A program made the translations under genes and the position numbers. 64,000 nt of DNA from an uncultured virus (IMG/VR IMGVR_UViG_3300021599_002910). Lineage: Duplodnaviria > Heunggongvirae > Uroviricota > Caudoviricetes. The notes beneath the pieces are model-generated. The model was not told where the DNA came from. It saw only the letters and a list, made by a program, of their open reading frames with translations, and did no database searches. Positions 1 through 9,689 of this stretch are shown here, in pieces. How positions within the stretch are numbered: the first letter of the stretch is position 1; the number at the start of each line of letters is the position of its first letter. The stretch is from positions 1 to 64,000 of the IMG/VR virus record IMGVR_UViG_3300021599_002910; one strand, written 5' to 3'.

Positions 1-2
1 CA

Positions 3-740
3 ACCCAAGTTTCAGTTCAAGACAAAGTTCGTAACTACCAAGGTCAAAACCGTTTCATCCTCAACATGAAAGACGCTCTCAAGAAGTGGGGAGGTTTAAC
101 CCCAAAGCAACTCGAAGCCACCGAGAAGGCTCTTAACTCTGAAGTTAAGGTTATCAACAAGGAAGAGCTTCCTGAGGATGTGAAGCGTATCGTTGACTAC
201 AAGGGCGAGAACCCTTTCGTAAAGGACATCGCCTCCAAATTTCAGAAGTGGGGTACACTTACCTCAAAGCAAATCTCAGCCGCTGTGGCTCAGATTCAGA
301 AGGAAGAAGATAAGGAGAAGACCATTCGTATGAACTGGCCTACCGAAGGTGAGACCATTAAACTTGGTCGTAAAAAGGGTATGGAACTCAAAGAGACCTA
401 CGGTCTTCAGTTTAACCCCATCCTTATCGACATCACTCGTGTGAAGGCGGTGTCACCAAAGGCGGTACAGTTCACAGGTAAGTTGACTATCAAGCGTGGT
501 AAGGTTTGTACATGTTGCATGAAGACTCTCACAGATGAGTTCTCTATGTTGACTGGTCTCGGTAAGATTTGTGCGGGTCATATGGGTGTGGAATATATCA
601 AGGACGCTTCAGAAGCAGAAAGATTCCGTCAAGATTATCTTCGTCGGGTGGAAGAAATTGGTGAATTGACTTTTTGGGTTCCTAAATCCCAAATCAAAAA
701 GTGGGATGGTGAGACTGAAGCAATCCTTCGAGCAATGTAA
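3..740 (+). CDS. 5'-truncated phage protein with internal repeat and C-terminal DUF6011-like Zn ribbon
   Basis: Frame is open from position 3 (TQVSVQDKVRNYQGQNRF...). Repeat Y-x-G-x-N-x-F...KWG-x-LT-x-KQ occurs twice. CTCCMKTLTDEFSMLTGLGKIC motif. Confidence 0.7.
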   Translation, partial: TQVSVQDKVRNYQGQNRFILNMKDALKKWGGLTPKQLEATEKALNSEVKVINKEELPEDVKRIVDYKGENPFVKDIASKFQKWGTLTSKQISAAVAQIQKEEDKEKTIRMNWPTEGETIKLGRKKGMELKETYGLQFNPILIDITRVKAVSPKAVQFTGKLTIKRGKVCTCCMKTLTDEFSMLTGLGKICAGHMGVEYIKDASEAERFRQDYLRRVEEIGELTFWVPKSQIKKWDGETEAILRAM

Positions 741-743
741 TAA

Positions 744-772
744 GAACCCCTCCAATAAGGAGGGGTTTTTTT
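744..772 (+). terminator. Rho-independent terminator (ACCCCTC/GAGGGGT family)
   Basis: AACCCCTCC-aataa-GGAGGGGTT followed by a T tract. Similar hairpins at ~975, 3205, 5219, 5916, 19994, 29956, 36962, 39530, 39887, 42331, 48876. Confidence 0.85.
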
Positions 773-811
773 ATTTGGTTTATTTGAAATAATTTTTTAT
801 AATTTTAAACT

Positions 812-970
812 ATGACAAAACAAGAAGTAAAAGATGCGATTTTTTCTTTAGACTACGTCTCAGGGCAATTGAAAGTTTATGGTGAGAAAAACGATTATGA
901 CCACGAGCTTTTACTAAGACACCTCAAAGACGTTGTTAATAAAATCGAATCAGACAAACCATCCAATTAA
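812..970 (+). CDS. hypothetical protein, 52 aa
   Basis: MTKQEVKDAIFSLDY...KPSN*. Sits between two terminators; below the ORF-track cutoff. Confidence 0.65.
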   Translation: MTKQEVKDAIFSLDYVSGQLKVYGEKNDYDHELLLRHLKDVVNKIESDKPSN

Positions 971-1024
971 TTTCAAACCTCTCCAATCAGGAGGGGTTTT
1001 TTATTTTGTTTTGTATTTATAATC

Positions 1025-1271
1025 ATGAGAGAACTCATCAAAAAAATATTAAGGGAGGCAATTGTTTTGACATCAGACACACCTGATTGGGTGGAGAAGT
1101 TTCATGAACTTTCAAAAGAGGAGAGAATTCAATTTATTAAGGACTACAAAGTTCGTATCGAACGTATACTTCCAAAGATTATAGAATTTTTTAAAGTTAA
1201 GTTTGGGGATGAGTTGGTGAAGATTGCCACTCGAATATGAGGTTTTTGAAATGACCTGGACAAAAGTATGA
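1025..1271 (+). pseudogene. probable frameshifted or internally deleted leader-bearing gene
   Basis: TATTTAT plus MRELIKKILRE leader. ORF stops at 1240, but the +1 frame continues PLEYEVFEMTWTKV* to a TGA overlapping the next ATG. Confidence 0.45.
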
Positions 1272-1585
1272 TGAAAAGATATATTATTACAGAACAACAA
1301 AACGATAGGATAAAAGAAATTATCAAACAGGTTGCTGAGACTTTCACAAACAACTCTGTTATGAAAACTGAGGTTGCGATTGAAGAAGGTAAAGCAATGA
1401 TGGGTGGAACCTATTATATTCTTCATCCAATATTTTATGTTACCGAAAGAACTATGGGTCCTGATTTTCATTTTTTTAAACACCAACTTGCACAGTTCGT
1501 TGAGGATATGGTTGGAGTTCCCGTTCATTCAGCCACCGCAACAATAAGAAATATTAACCATGAAGTACGTAATAACAGAAAATAG
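1268..1585 (+). CDS. hypothetical protein with YIITE leader
   Basis: ORF; MKRYIITEQQ N-terminus. Confidence 0.7.
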   Translation: MMKRYIITEQQNDRIKEIIKQVAETFTNNSVMKTEVAIEEGKAMMGGTYYILHPIFYVTERTMGPDFHFFKHQLAQFVEDMVGVPVHSATATIRNINHEVRNNRK

Positions 1586-1913
1586 GTTAAAAAATTTGAT
1601 ATTATCTTATCTTGATTCAATCGATTGGTGGGAGTGGGATATTGGTGATGGTGAGTTTAATCTTGCAGACGGACAGTATAATACAAGCAAAATTCTTTAC
1701 AGAATTCAATATTCAAGTATGCATCCACACAGAGAGTTTGAAGTGATTTACCTTAGTGATGGATTAGTTACTCAATTAACTAAACTTTTTTCAATTCCTA
1801 ATCTCGACGCCATCAAAACCATAATAAATTGGTTCAATGAGAGATATGATAAATCCCTCACAATGGATAATTTTGAGTGGATGCATGAAGAAGACCAAAA
1901 TGAAGACGAGTAA
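1560..1913 (+). CDS. hypothetical protein, small paralog family (MKYVITE leader)
   Basis: ORF; C-terminal LF...I..WF motif shared with neighbours. Confidence 0.75.
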   Translation: MKYVITENRLKNLILSYLDSIDWWEWDIGDGEFNLADGQYNTSKILYRIQYSSMHPHREFEVIYLSDGLVTQLTKLFSIPNLDAIKTIINWFNERYDKSLTMDNFEWMHEEDQNEDE

Positions 1914-1914
1914 T

Positions 1915-2223
1915 ATGAAATACATTATTTCTGAAAATAGGTTGAATCAGTTTATTATCGACTACCTTAACAATTTGATTGAAAGGAAGGTTGTTAACCG
2001 ACTTCATCCTTATATTGTAGTATCTCACCAAATTGGGGATGGTGAAGACGATTGGGAGGACATTATGGAATTTGACCACACAGATGGAAGATTATGGGTT
2101 AACCGCCACTTCCAAAAAAATATGACCGATATGTTTGCTTTGAGTGAAGAAAAAATGAAACTCTTAATTAAACTATGGTTCGAAAATAAATTCAATGTTA
2201 AGGTGGAATTCGTAGAGCCATGA
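1915..2223 (+). CDS. hypothetical protein, small paralog family (MKYIISE leader)
   Basis: Start moved to ATG 1915, directly after the previous stop. Confidence 0.75.
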   Translation: MKYIISENRLNQFIIDYLNNLIERKVVNRLHPYIVVSHQIGDGEDDWEDIMEFDHTDGRLWVNRHFQKNMTDMFALSEEKMKLLIKLWFENKFNVKVEFVEP

Positions 2224-2537
2224 AATACATCATCACAGAAAATAGATTAAACAAGTTCCTTGGAATTGTTGGAGAATCTAAAATAAATGACAAGATTTTT
2301 TTATTTCTTGACAGTTACCTTGAGGACTATTCTCCTGAGGAAACTAACAACCTAGTCTTGTTCGGAAAAGGTAAGGAAAACAAGATGGCATATGAGAAAG
2401 GTGACCAAATTTTATTCGTTACTGACCAACTTTTCGAACTCGTAAAAATCATGTTTAACCTATCCAAAACAGGAACAAAAGAGGTTTTCAAGGATTACTT
2501 GGGTAACATGGGTTACAGGGTCAAAAGGTTCATGTAA
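2220..2537 (+). CDS. hypothetical protein, small paralog family (MKYIITE leader)
   Basis: ATGA overlap with the upstream gene. Confidence 0.75.
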   Translation: MKYIITENRLNKFLGIVGESKINDKIFLFLDSYLEDYSPEETNNLVLFGKGKENKMAYEKGDQILFVTDQLFELVKIMFNLSKTGTKEVFKDYLGNMGYRVKRFM

Positions 2538-2651
2538 GACGATTTTCGGATTTTCAAAGATATTTATAAGAGAATATAAATCCCATCCCATCTCAACTTA
2601 GTTGTAGGTGAAGATGGGTTTTTTATTTATAAACCGTTAAATAAAACGAAA

Positions 2652-3062
2652 ATGAAGAAACAATTTTTGTTATTTTTTGCTCTCGTATGTTCGCTAGTAA
2701 CATTTGCACATGTGAACGCTCCGTTAGCAGGAAATGTTGGTTGGGATTCCAAAGCATGGGGTCAGAAAGTTAACTTTCATAAAAAGAATTTGAATGTATC
2801 TTTCCAGTTCATGCAAGACAAGGCGTCTTTTGTAAGAATGCCTGTTTTAGTTGGATACCGTAAGCACCTTAAGAAGAACCTTTATGTTGGTCTTGACGGG
2901 GGTGTTACTTTGTTCGATGGACAAAAAGGGCAATTTACTTATGTCCCTACCATTGGATACAAGATAAACAAGAAGTGGTGCTTAGAACAATCAATTCTAA
3001 GAACTGTAAAAGATGGTAAGCATTCCAACCTTGTAGGTTTGGGTCTGAACTATCATTTATAG
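2652..3062 (+). CDS. secreted, probable small outer-membrane beta-barrel protein
   Basis: Signal peptide MKKQFLLFFALVCSLVTFA; amphipathic beta strands; ends GLGLNYHL. Confidence 0.55.
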   Translation: MKKQFLLFFALVCSLVTFAHVNAPLAGNVGWDSKAWGQKVNFHKKNLNVSFQFMQDKASFVRMPVLVGYRKHLKKNLYVGLDGGVTLFDGQKGQFTYVPTIGYKINKKWCLEQSILRTVKDGKHSNLVGLGLNYHL

Positions 3063-3092
3063 TCTAAACAAAATTAAACCTTTTAAAAAACT

Positions 3093-3200
3093 ATGGAACA
3101 ATTAGAATTTTTATGGCATTGGCACTTTTTATTAGGTGTCGTTGTCGGAGTTGTGGTGGGACCACATATTCTAAAGCTTGTTTCTAAAATCAAGAAATAA
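3093..3200 (+). CDS. 35-aa single-TM membrane peptide
   Basis: MEQLEFLWHWHFLLGVVVGVVVGPHILKLVSKIKK*, followed by a terminator. Confidence 0.6.
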   Translation: MEQLEFLWHWHFLLGVVVGVVVGPHILKLVSKIKK

Positions 3201-3254
3201 GTAAAGGCCCCCGAGAAATCGGGGGTTTTTTTATGTCCAAAGTATTTATAAAAC

Positions 3255-4820
3255 ATGGAACTACGCTCCCTCATTTGGAAAGTATTAAAAGAACAAGTTG
3301 ACCAAAATGTTCTCAATCTCAAAAACAAATATGTAGGTGAGGGAAAGCCCATTTCAGAAGATGACTTCAATAAAATAGTTGAAGTTACGGGTAACAAATT
3401 TTATTTATTGAGTTGGCTCACAAAGAAGGTGGGAACTGGTATTATCAAAGCCGAGGATGTATACAAGTATAAAGAATACTTCGACCTATACGAGAAAAAT
3501 AAGAAAAAGTTTGAATACAAGGACATTCACCTGTATAGGACCGCCGAAGATGTTAAGAAATTTTTGCAAGAGATTGTTAAACTTAGAGAAGGAAATATTG
3601 TCTATGATGAAATACAGGGTAAAGATAACTTTGTTTCACAAAATGATATCGAGAAGTTGGAATCCTCAGGTGGAATAAAATACTTGGGGATATATGACAA
3701 TGGCGACTACAAGTATCAGGTATTCGAAGTTTTTGGTGTAAACAAAGATGTTTGGAAGTTATATAGAGACATTCTAGGAAGATGCAAAGGAAGAGACAAA
3801 GGTGCTAAAATTGATATATGTACCATAGGTCAATATAGTTACTTCAAAAATTATCTGACTGACCCAAAGGGTTCAAGTTATTTTTTACTTTTTAATTTGG
3901 ATGATAGGAGGTCTCCTTATCAATTACATCATGAGTCAGGTCAGTTTATGGACAAAAATGACTATGAAACGCATAAGATAAAACAAATAGATTTTTTCAA
4001 ATTTGTTGGTGATAGGGTTCCAAAATATAGTATCGAAGCTGAAAATTTTCCAAGCCAATTTGAAATCCCCGTTAAAGATAAAGGTTTCGAAGACGACAAT
4101 GGTAGAAAGCAGGGTGTGTGGAAATACTTTTACGGTGGAGGACAACTTGCGGGAATTAAGACTTATAAAAATGGTGAAGAAGAAGGGCCTTTTGTTCAAT
4201 ACTATTCCGACGGAAAAATTGAGAAAAAGGGAACCACTTTAAGTGGAGGTTTAGTAGGTGAATATGAAGAGAATTTCAAAAACGGAAAAATTTACAGAAA
4301 AGGCACATATAATAATAACGGAAAACGAATAGGTATATGGATGATGGGTGATTGGGACGGAGTTTATAAGAATATGAATTATTCAGATATGACTCAAACG
4401 GGCTATACTGGTACAGGTAAAATTAGATATGTTTCCAACATGAGAGACGAACGGGATTCTTACCCATATGGTAAAACTATTTTTTTCGGAAGAACAGGAA
4501 AAGTTGAAGCCATGGGTAAAATCGGAGCTACTAAGTCTTACTTAGGTAAATGGACTTATTATTTTCCAAATGGAGCTATTCGCTCCCAAGGTAGTTTTCG
4601 AGGGGGTTACCGAAGTGGTCTTTGGACTGACGTGGTCAAATCGAAAGATGGAAACATGTATATTTTCGAGGCTGATTTCTCATTAGGGACGCCATCAGAC
4701 AAAGTAAACGTTTATGATATCAATGGTGAGTTTTTGAAAAAAGTAAGTCCAAAAAAAATTAATCCACCTTATTGGGAAAATACTTATTTAAGTACAGAAA
4801 AATTTAAAGCAATAACATGA
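3255..4820 (+). CDS. MORN/YwqK-like repeat protein with N-terminal leader
   Basis: Repeated G-x-W-x-Y-Y-x-x-G units in the C-terminal half; TATTTATA upstream. Confidence 0.75.
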   Translation: MELRSLIWKVLKEQVDQNVLNLKNKYVGEGKPISEDDFNKIVEVTGNKFYLLSWLTKKVGTGIIKAEDVYKYKEYFDLYEKNKKKFEYKDIHLYRTAEDVKKFLQEIVKLREGNIVYDEIQGKDNFVSQNDIEKLESSGGIKYLGIYDNGDYKYQVFEVFGVNKDVWKLYRDILGRCKGRDKGAKIDICTIGQYSYFKNYLTDPKGSSYFLLFNLDDRRSPYQLHHESGQFMDKNDYETHKIKQIDFFKFVGDRVPKYSIEAENFPSQFEIPVKDKGFEDDNGRKQGVWKYFYGGGQLAGIKTYKNGEEEGPFVQYYSDGKIEKKGTTLSGGLVGEYEENFKNGKIYRKGTYNNNGKRIGIWMMGDWDGVYKNMNYSDMTQTGYTGTGKIRYVSNMRDERDSYPYGKTIFFGRTGKVEAMGKIGATKSYLGKWTYYFPNGAIRSQGSFRGGYRSGLWTDVVKSKDGNMYIFEADFSLGTPSDKVNVYDINGEFLKKVSPKKINPPYWENTYLSTEKFKAIT

Positions 4821-5137
4821 AAAAAATCACATTAATTCTGCTCGGTGTATTTGCCACACTTACACTAGCAGCTCAACCGCCTATGAGACCACAAGGCCAA
4901 AGACCTCTTCCTAATCAATTTAGAGACTTTATAGACCATCGACAAAGATGGGAAATGGAAAGACCTCAGATTGAAAAGAAAGACGGTAAAGTCATTATAA
5001 CAATGTCTGAAGAACAATTCAAAAGAATGCAACAAATGAGAGCGGCTCAAAGAATTAGAATGGCTCAACATAAACCACAACCTGTGTGTTCCAAATGTCA
5101 AAGACATCATGGTAAACCACACAGAAGAAAAGTTTAA
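4817..5137 (+). CDS. secreted Gln/Arg-rich protein
   Basis: Signal peptide MKKITLILLGVFATLTLAA. Confidence 0.65.
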   Translation: MKKITLILLGVFATLTLAAQPPMRPQGQRPLPNQFRDFIDHRQRWEMERPQIEKKDGKVIITMSEEQFKRMQQMRAAQRIRMAQHKPQPVCSKCQRHHGKPHRRKV

Positions 5138-5143
5138 TAAATC

Positions 5144-5215
5144 ATGAAACAAATCTGTAATTTCATCACGAAAATAACTTTTGGTAAAGTATGTTTCGGA
5201 TGGTGTAAAAAGTAA
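5144..5215 (+). CDS. 23-aa Cys-containing peptide
   Basis: MKQICNFITKITFGKVCFGWCKK*, fills the gap before a terminator. Confidence 0.45.
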   Translation: MKQICNFITKITFGKVCFGWCKK

Positions 5216-5283
5216 AAGAGCCCCTCATTAGAGGGGTTTTTTTTGTCACAAAATTTTCCTATATTTGTGAAAATATAAATAAT

Positions 5284-5499
5284 ATGAAAATAGATTTTGA
5301 CTCACCGAAAACAACTTCCAAAACTGTTTGGTTTAATGGAGAAACTGATGATGAAAGAAAATTCACAATCGTTGCCACTTGGGATGAGTGGGATGATTGG
5401 ACTGCGGACTCATCTGAAATTATGTGGGACGATGAAGCTGGTAATGAAGATGAGTGTCAAGAAATAATCCATGAGTTCCTTTCACAAATGAATTCATAA
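5284..5499 (+). CDS. acidic hypothetical protein
   Basis: ORF preceded by a TATATTTG -7 element (5260-5267). Confidence 0.7.
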   Translation: MKIDFDSPKTTSKTVWFNGETDDERKFTIVATWDEWDDWTADSSEIMWDDEAGNEDECQEIIHEFLSQMNS

Positions 5500-5559
5500 T
5501 ATCGGAATACTTTACTTGTTCAGGGTTTCAGGTTATAATCCCATAATAAATTAATCATT

Positions 5560-5898
5560 ATGAGTATTATCGCAATTATCGGGTGGGTTCTTTCAGTTGT
5601 CACCTCTCTTTTTTTAGGTAAAGGAGCAATTGAAAAAATCGTTGGAACCCAAGAAATGGTTGGAAATTTTGCTTACATGAAACTCGAAAAGTATAGAGTT
5701 ATTACAGGCGTAGGTGAACTTATTGGAGCAATCCTCCTTTCAGTTCCAATGACATCTGTTATCGGTGCTTTTATTATTTGTTGTTTCATGAGTGCGGCTG
5801 TTGTTTTACACTTATCTTTGATGGGTGGAAACAAAACAGAAATGCCAGCTCTTGTTGGCTTAGCTGCAGTTATAAGTTATCTCCTTAGACTTTTCTAA
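5560..5898 (+). CDS. DoxX-family membrane protein
   Basis: Four hydrophobic segments; G..EL.G..LL..P and M..AV..H motifs. Confidence 0.75.
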   Translation: MSIIAIIGWVLSVVTSLFLGKGAIEKIVGTQEMVGNFAYMKLEKYRVITGVGELIGAILLSVPMTSVIGAFIICCFMSAAVVLHLSLMGGNKTEMPALVGLAAVISYLLRLF

Positions 5899-5965
5899 AA
5901 CGAAACGTAAAATTCAAACCCCTCCTTAGTGAGGGGTTTTTTTGTTAATAAAGGTATTTATTTTT

Positions 5966-6637
5966 ATGAAGTATATCATAACCAAATCACAGTTGGCGAA
6001 GTTACAAGAACAAAAGGCTTGGTATAAACCGAGCACTTGGTTTGATGATGAAGAAGAGAAACCAAAGGTTACCGATTGTAGTCCTGAAATAATTGAAGCT
6101 GAAGATTGGAAAGAACTTTATTCTGAATTGGTTGAAAAGGGAATGATAAAACAGGGAGAAAAACTTCTGATAGTTTGGGGACCTGAACAAAGAATGTATT
6201 ACACACAAGACGGTAAAACCGCAATCAAAACTGTTATTGTATCAACTGGTGCGAATGGTTTTAACAATCGTCCTGATAATAAGGAAACACCAACAGGTTT
6301 GTTACAAGTAAAAGGAAAAGTTGAGGCAAAACCATATGAGGTGATTGTGGCTAAAACTCCAACAGGTAAAATTTTGGGTCCTGACAAAGACTCGATGAGA
6401 GTGGATGAGAAGGGACAAAGACACGTGGCTGAGGTTCTCACAGGTATTTTGGAACTCGATGGGTTAGAGCCATGTAACAAAAACGCATTTTCAAGGAACA
6501 TATATTTCCACGGAACAAACAAAGAGAAAAACTTAGGAACTCCTCGTTCCAACGGTTGTATTAGAGTTTCAAACAATGCAATTCAATGGATGTTGAACTC
6601 AATTCCTTCAGGCACCAAGGTATACATAAAACCGTAA
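5966..6637 (+). CDS. L,D-transpeptidase (YkuD) with MKYIIT leader
   Basis: VSTG...TPTG and IYFHGT...SNGCIRV catalytic motif. Confidence 0.85.
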   Translation: MKYIITKSQLAKLQEQKAWYKPSTWFDDEEEKPKVTDCSPEIIEAEDWKELYSELVEKGMIKQGEKLLIVWGPEQRMYYTQDGKTAIKTVIVSTGANGFNNRPDNKETPTGLLQVKGKVEAKPYEVIVAKTPTGKILGPDKDSMRVDEKGQRHVAEVLTGILELDGLEPCNKNAFSRNIYFHGTNKEKNLGTPRSNGCIRVSNNAIQWMLNSIPSGTKVYIKP

Positions 6638-6674
6638 TTTTCCTTTATAAATTTTATTTTTTATTATTCTTCTC

Positions 6675-7007
6675 ATGAGTAACAAAATCATTGAGCAAGA
6701 AAACAAAATGATTGCCGAGATTCTCGACAATTTCGATTTCCGTAAATGTGAAATCGCTATGAAGACTCTTCGATGGACTTGGGCTTTTGATTCAAATACA
6801 CCCACAATCGAAATGTTGAAATCATCTGCTGTCGGTAGGCTGAGAGATGCTATGGAATTGGCAAAAAAAGGGAAATGTTCGAAAGCAACTTACTTTTCTT
6901 CGAGTGGTGGACTCAAGGGAAATGCTTGGGTAAATAGGTATGGACATATCGAGGCAGTTAGATTAGAATTCGTATTAACAGATTGGGATTCAGATGGAGA
7001 TGTTTAA
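6675..7007 (+). CDS. hypothetical phage protein
   Basis: ORF; ILDNFDF...W...PT...SSGG motif. Confidence 0.7.
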   Translation: MSNKIIEQENKMIAEILDNFDFRKCEIAMKTLRWTWAFDSNTPTIEMLKSSAVGRLRDAMELAKKGKCSKATYFSSSGGLKGNAWVNRYGHIEAVRLEFVLTDWDSDGDV

Positions 7008-7314
7008 AAAAGGTGATAAATTCATTCACTTCACAAAATATGGTGGAATCAACAAAGGAGAGGTTCAAGGACTTCATTCCACAACGGTATGGGACTTCGA
7101 TAATTTATGTAGATATGAATCAATTTCCATCTTTACAACCGAAGGTGTAAGATTAAATTTAGATGGAACGGATGGTCGAATTTACAAAATTGATTCTGAA
7201 ATGGTCAAAGACCAAGCAAGACAGTTTGAAAAAATGATGAAAAAAGCTTCAGATAAAAAGAATAGACCATCCAAAGAAACAATTCACCACTTAGATGAAG
7301 ACAAAAAAACCTAG
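6994..7314 (+). CDS. hypothetical protein
   Basis: ORF overlapping its neighbours in an operon. Confidence 0.65.
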   Translation: MEMFKKGDKFIHFTKYGGINKGEVQGLHSTTVWDFDNLCRYESISIFTTEGVRLNLDGTDGRIYKIDSEMVKDQARQFEKMMKKASDKKNRPSKETIHHLDEDKKT

Positions 7315-8542
7315 TGCGATAGTTTACGGTTGGGTTTCCACAGGGAAATTCATTTTAGAATCTGATATTTACTTCGAGGAAAGACTTTATGATGAAGTCA
7401 CCATTTATGCATTACCCTATACCAATGATGTGGCGGGGGATTATACGAAATATCAACCTGATGTTATCCTGTCCTTTATAGATGAAATCGAAGTTCCTCA
7501 TTATTTCTTAAAACAAAAACATGTTCATTACGAATTCTTACCTCAGGATAACGTTTTAGCAAACATAGTTGTTTGTCAAACGGTATTCAAAAATACTGAC
7601 TATCAAAGACCGAGATTCTCAATTTTTACACCAACATATAAAACAGGAGAGAGAATAAGGAGAACTTATGAAAGTTTGAAGAATCAAACATTCACAAATT
7701 GGGAATGGGTTGTTGTTGATGATTCGCCAGATGACGAGACTTGGAACTTGTTGAAGGAATTTTCGAACATTGATTACAGAGTAAAGATACACAAAATATA
7801 TCCCACTTCAGGGGGTAATGTAGGGTTAGCTAAAAACAGGGCGGCTATGTTGTGTGATGGAGATTGGCTTTGTGAATTGGACCACGATGATGCACTCATA
7901 AGTGATTGTTTGGAGGTTTGTAATGACGCAATCGAAAAATACCCTGATGCTGGTTTCTTGTATACTGATGTATGTGAGTTATACGATGATGGTGAAATGA
8001 AGTCTTATGACCATGATTGGTCAGGTAATTGGTATGCTAGACCTGATAACTTTTTTGACTTCGGTTATGCAGGACACTCGTGGGTTTATGCTGATGGACA
8101 AAAGTATCTGGCACATTGGTATCCAGATATCAATCCATTGACAATCCGTTTCAACATCTCAATGCCCGACCACATAAGAATGTGGGAAAGAAAGCTCTAT
8201 CATGAACTCGGTGGTCACAACAAACTAACCCCGGTAGCCGATGACTTTGAAATGATTGTCAGAACATTCTTACATACAAGGTTTATTCACGTGAAAAGAA
8301 TGTTATACTTACAATACAACAATCGTAATAGCACTGTTGATAACAATGCTTATGATATAAACAGAAGGGCGAGATTAATCAGAGACCACTACGACAAAAG
8401 GATTCATGATAGAATCAAAGAGCTTGGTTTCGATGATTGGTATTGGAATGAAGAGAGAGGACACTCCCACAAATTTCAAAACCACGTTCCAATAAAAAAA
8501 TACTTCGACGAAGAAGGAGTAATGAACTACACTTATGAATAA
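7295..8542 (+). CDS. glycosyltransferase family 2
   Basis: FSIFTPTY...EWVVVDDS...ELDHDD GT-A motifs. Confidence 0.9.
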   Translation: MKTKKPSAIVYGWVSTGKFILESDIYFEERLYDEVTIYALPYTNDVAGDYTKYQPDVILSFIDEIEVPHYFLKQKHVHYEFLPQDNVLANIVVCQTVFKNTDYQRPRFSIFTPTYKTGERIRRTYESLKNQTFTNWEWVVVDDSPDDETWNLLKEFSNIDYRVKIHKIYPTSGGNVGLAKNRAAMLCDGDWLCELDHDDALISDCLEVCNDAIEKYPDAGFLYTDVCELYDDGEMKSYDHDWSGNWYARPDNFFDFGYAGHSWVYADGQKYLAHWYPDINPLTIRFNISMPDHIRMWERKLYHELGGHNKLTPVADDFEMIVRTFLHTRFIHVKRMLYLQYNNRNSTVDNNAYDINRRARLIRDHYDKRIHDRIKELGFDDWYWNEERGHSHKFQNHVPIKKYFDEEGVMNYTYE

Positions 8543-9689
8543 GAAAGCAAAAATTGTATTGAACTCGATGGTTGGAAATGAATCCAAAACCATCATGAGA
8601 ATGTTAGAATCAGTGGCACCTTATATTGATTACTATGTAATCCAATGTAATGGAAACGATGACACAGAGTCCAAAATTAATGTTTTTTTTCAAACCAAAA
8701 ACATTCCAGGTTTCACTTATAAAATCGATTGGAATTTTCCTGGTTGGAATAGAGACCATACCCTACAAAAATGTCTTTCATCAGAACATGGTTGTGACTG
8801 GGTTTTGAGGATGGATGCGGATGAGACCCTTCATGTTGATTCAGATTTCGATTGGTCAATTTTAGAAAACACACAAATACAAAGTTACAATATTGCAGCA
8901 CAAGCCGGCGATACAAATTATTTCAGAACTTGGTTTTGGAATGCTAAATTACCTTGGTTTTTTGCACACGACAAAAGACACGAAACAATTCATCTTCCTG
9001 AAATTGGTGAAGATTTTCAAAGAATTAACATGCCCTATGGGCTCAGACACATCGTTTCACAAGATGGTGATACTTGGGCGGCACCAAGAAAGTTTTTAAG
9101 AGATGCACTCGAACTGGAAATTGATAAAGTTGTAGGAAACAAGGTTCATGAAGATTACTATCACCTTTGGTATATTGCTAAGAGTTATGCTGATTGTTAT
9201 GGGAACTCGAGCGAATTACCTTTCGGAAGAAAACACTCAGAAGAATATGCTAGAAGGTCTTTGTGGTATTATGAAAGATTCATGGAATTGACACATGTTT
9301 GGGGTGTTGAGAAAAAACCAAAATATGAAGATGAGATGGCTTACTTTGGTTTGATTGTTATGGGATGGTCTTATGATTTCTTGGGTGAACATGCGAAAGC
9401 CGAGGAGGTTTTCAAGTTAGCGAGCGAGTTTAGTAAAGATAGAAATGAAAACTTACTTTATCTTGCATTCCATTATGATTCATTAGGTAAAACTCAAGAA
9501 GCAATTCAGGTAATCGACAAGATGATGGAACCTGAAAGAAAAAACCCTTTCCCTGTCAAATCCTTTTTAATTGAAAGTAGGGCTTATACCAACACAGGGA
9601 ATTTTCTTGTTGAATACAAAGAGAGATTGACAAGAAAAACTGAGGAACATGTTATTGATTCTGAAAGTTTCAATTTTGATTTCAAATGA
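8535..9689 (+). CDS. GT2-like glycosyltransferase with TPR-like C-terminus
   Basis: NE...I.RML.S, MDADE, HE motifs; helical C-terminus. Confidence 0.8.
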   Translation: MNKKAKIVLNSMVGNESKTIMRMLESVAPYIDYYVIQCNGNDDTESKINVFFQTKNIPGFTYKIDWNFPGWNRDHTLQKCLSSEHGCDWVLRMDADETLHVDSDFDWSILENTQIQSYNIAAQAGDTNYFRTWFWNAKLPWFFAHDKRHETIHLPEIGEDFQRINMPYGLRHIVSQDGDTWAAPRKFLRDALELEIDKVVGNKVHEDYYHLWYIAKSYADCYGNSSELPFGRKHSEEYARRSLWYYERFMELTHVWGVEKKPKYEDEMAYFGLIVMGWSYDFLGEHAKAEEVFKLASEFSKDRNENLLYLAFHYDSLGKTQEAIQVIDKMMEPERKNPFPVKSFLIESRAYTNTGNFLVEYKERLTRKTEEHVIDSESFNFDFK

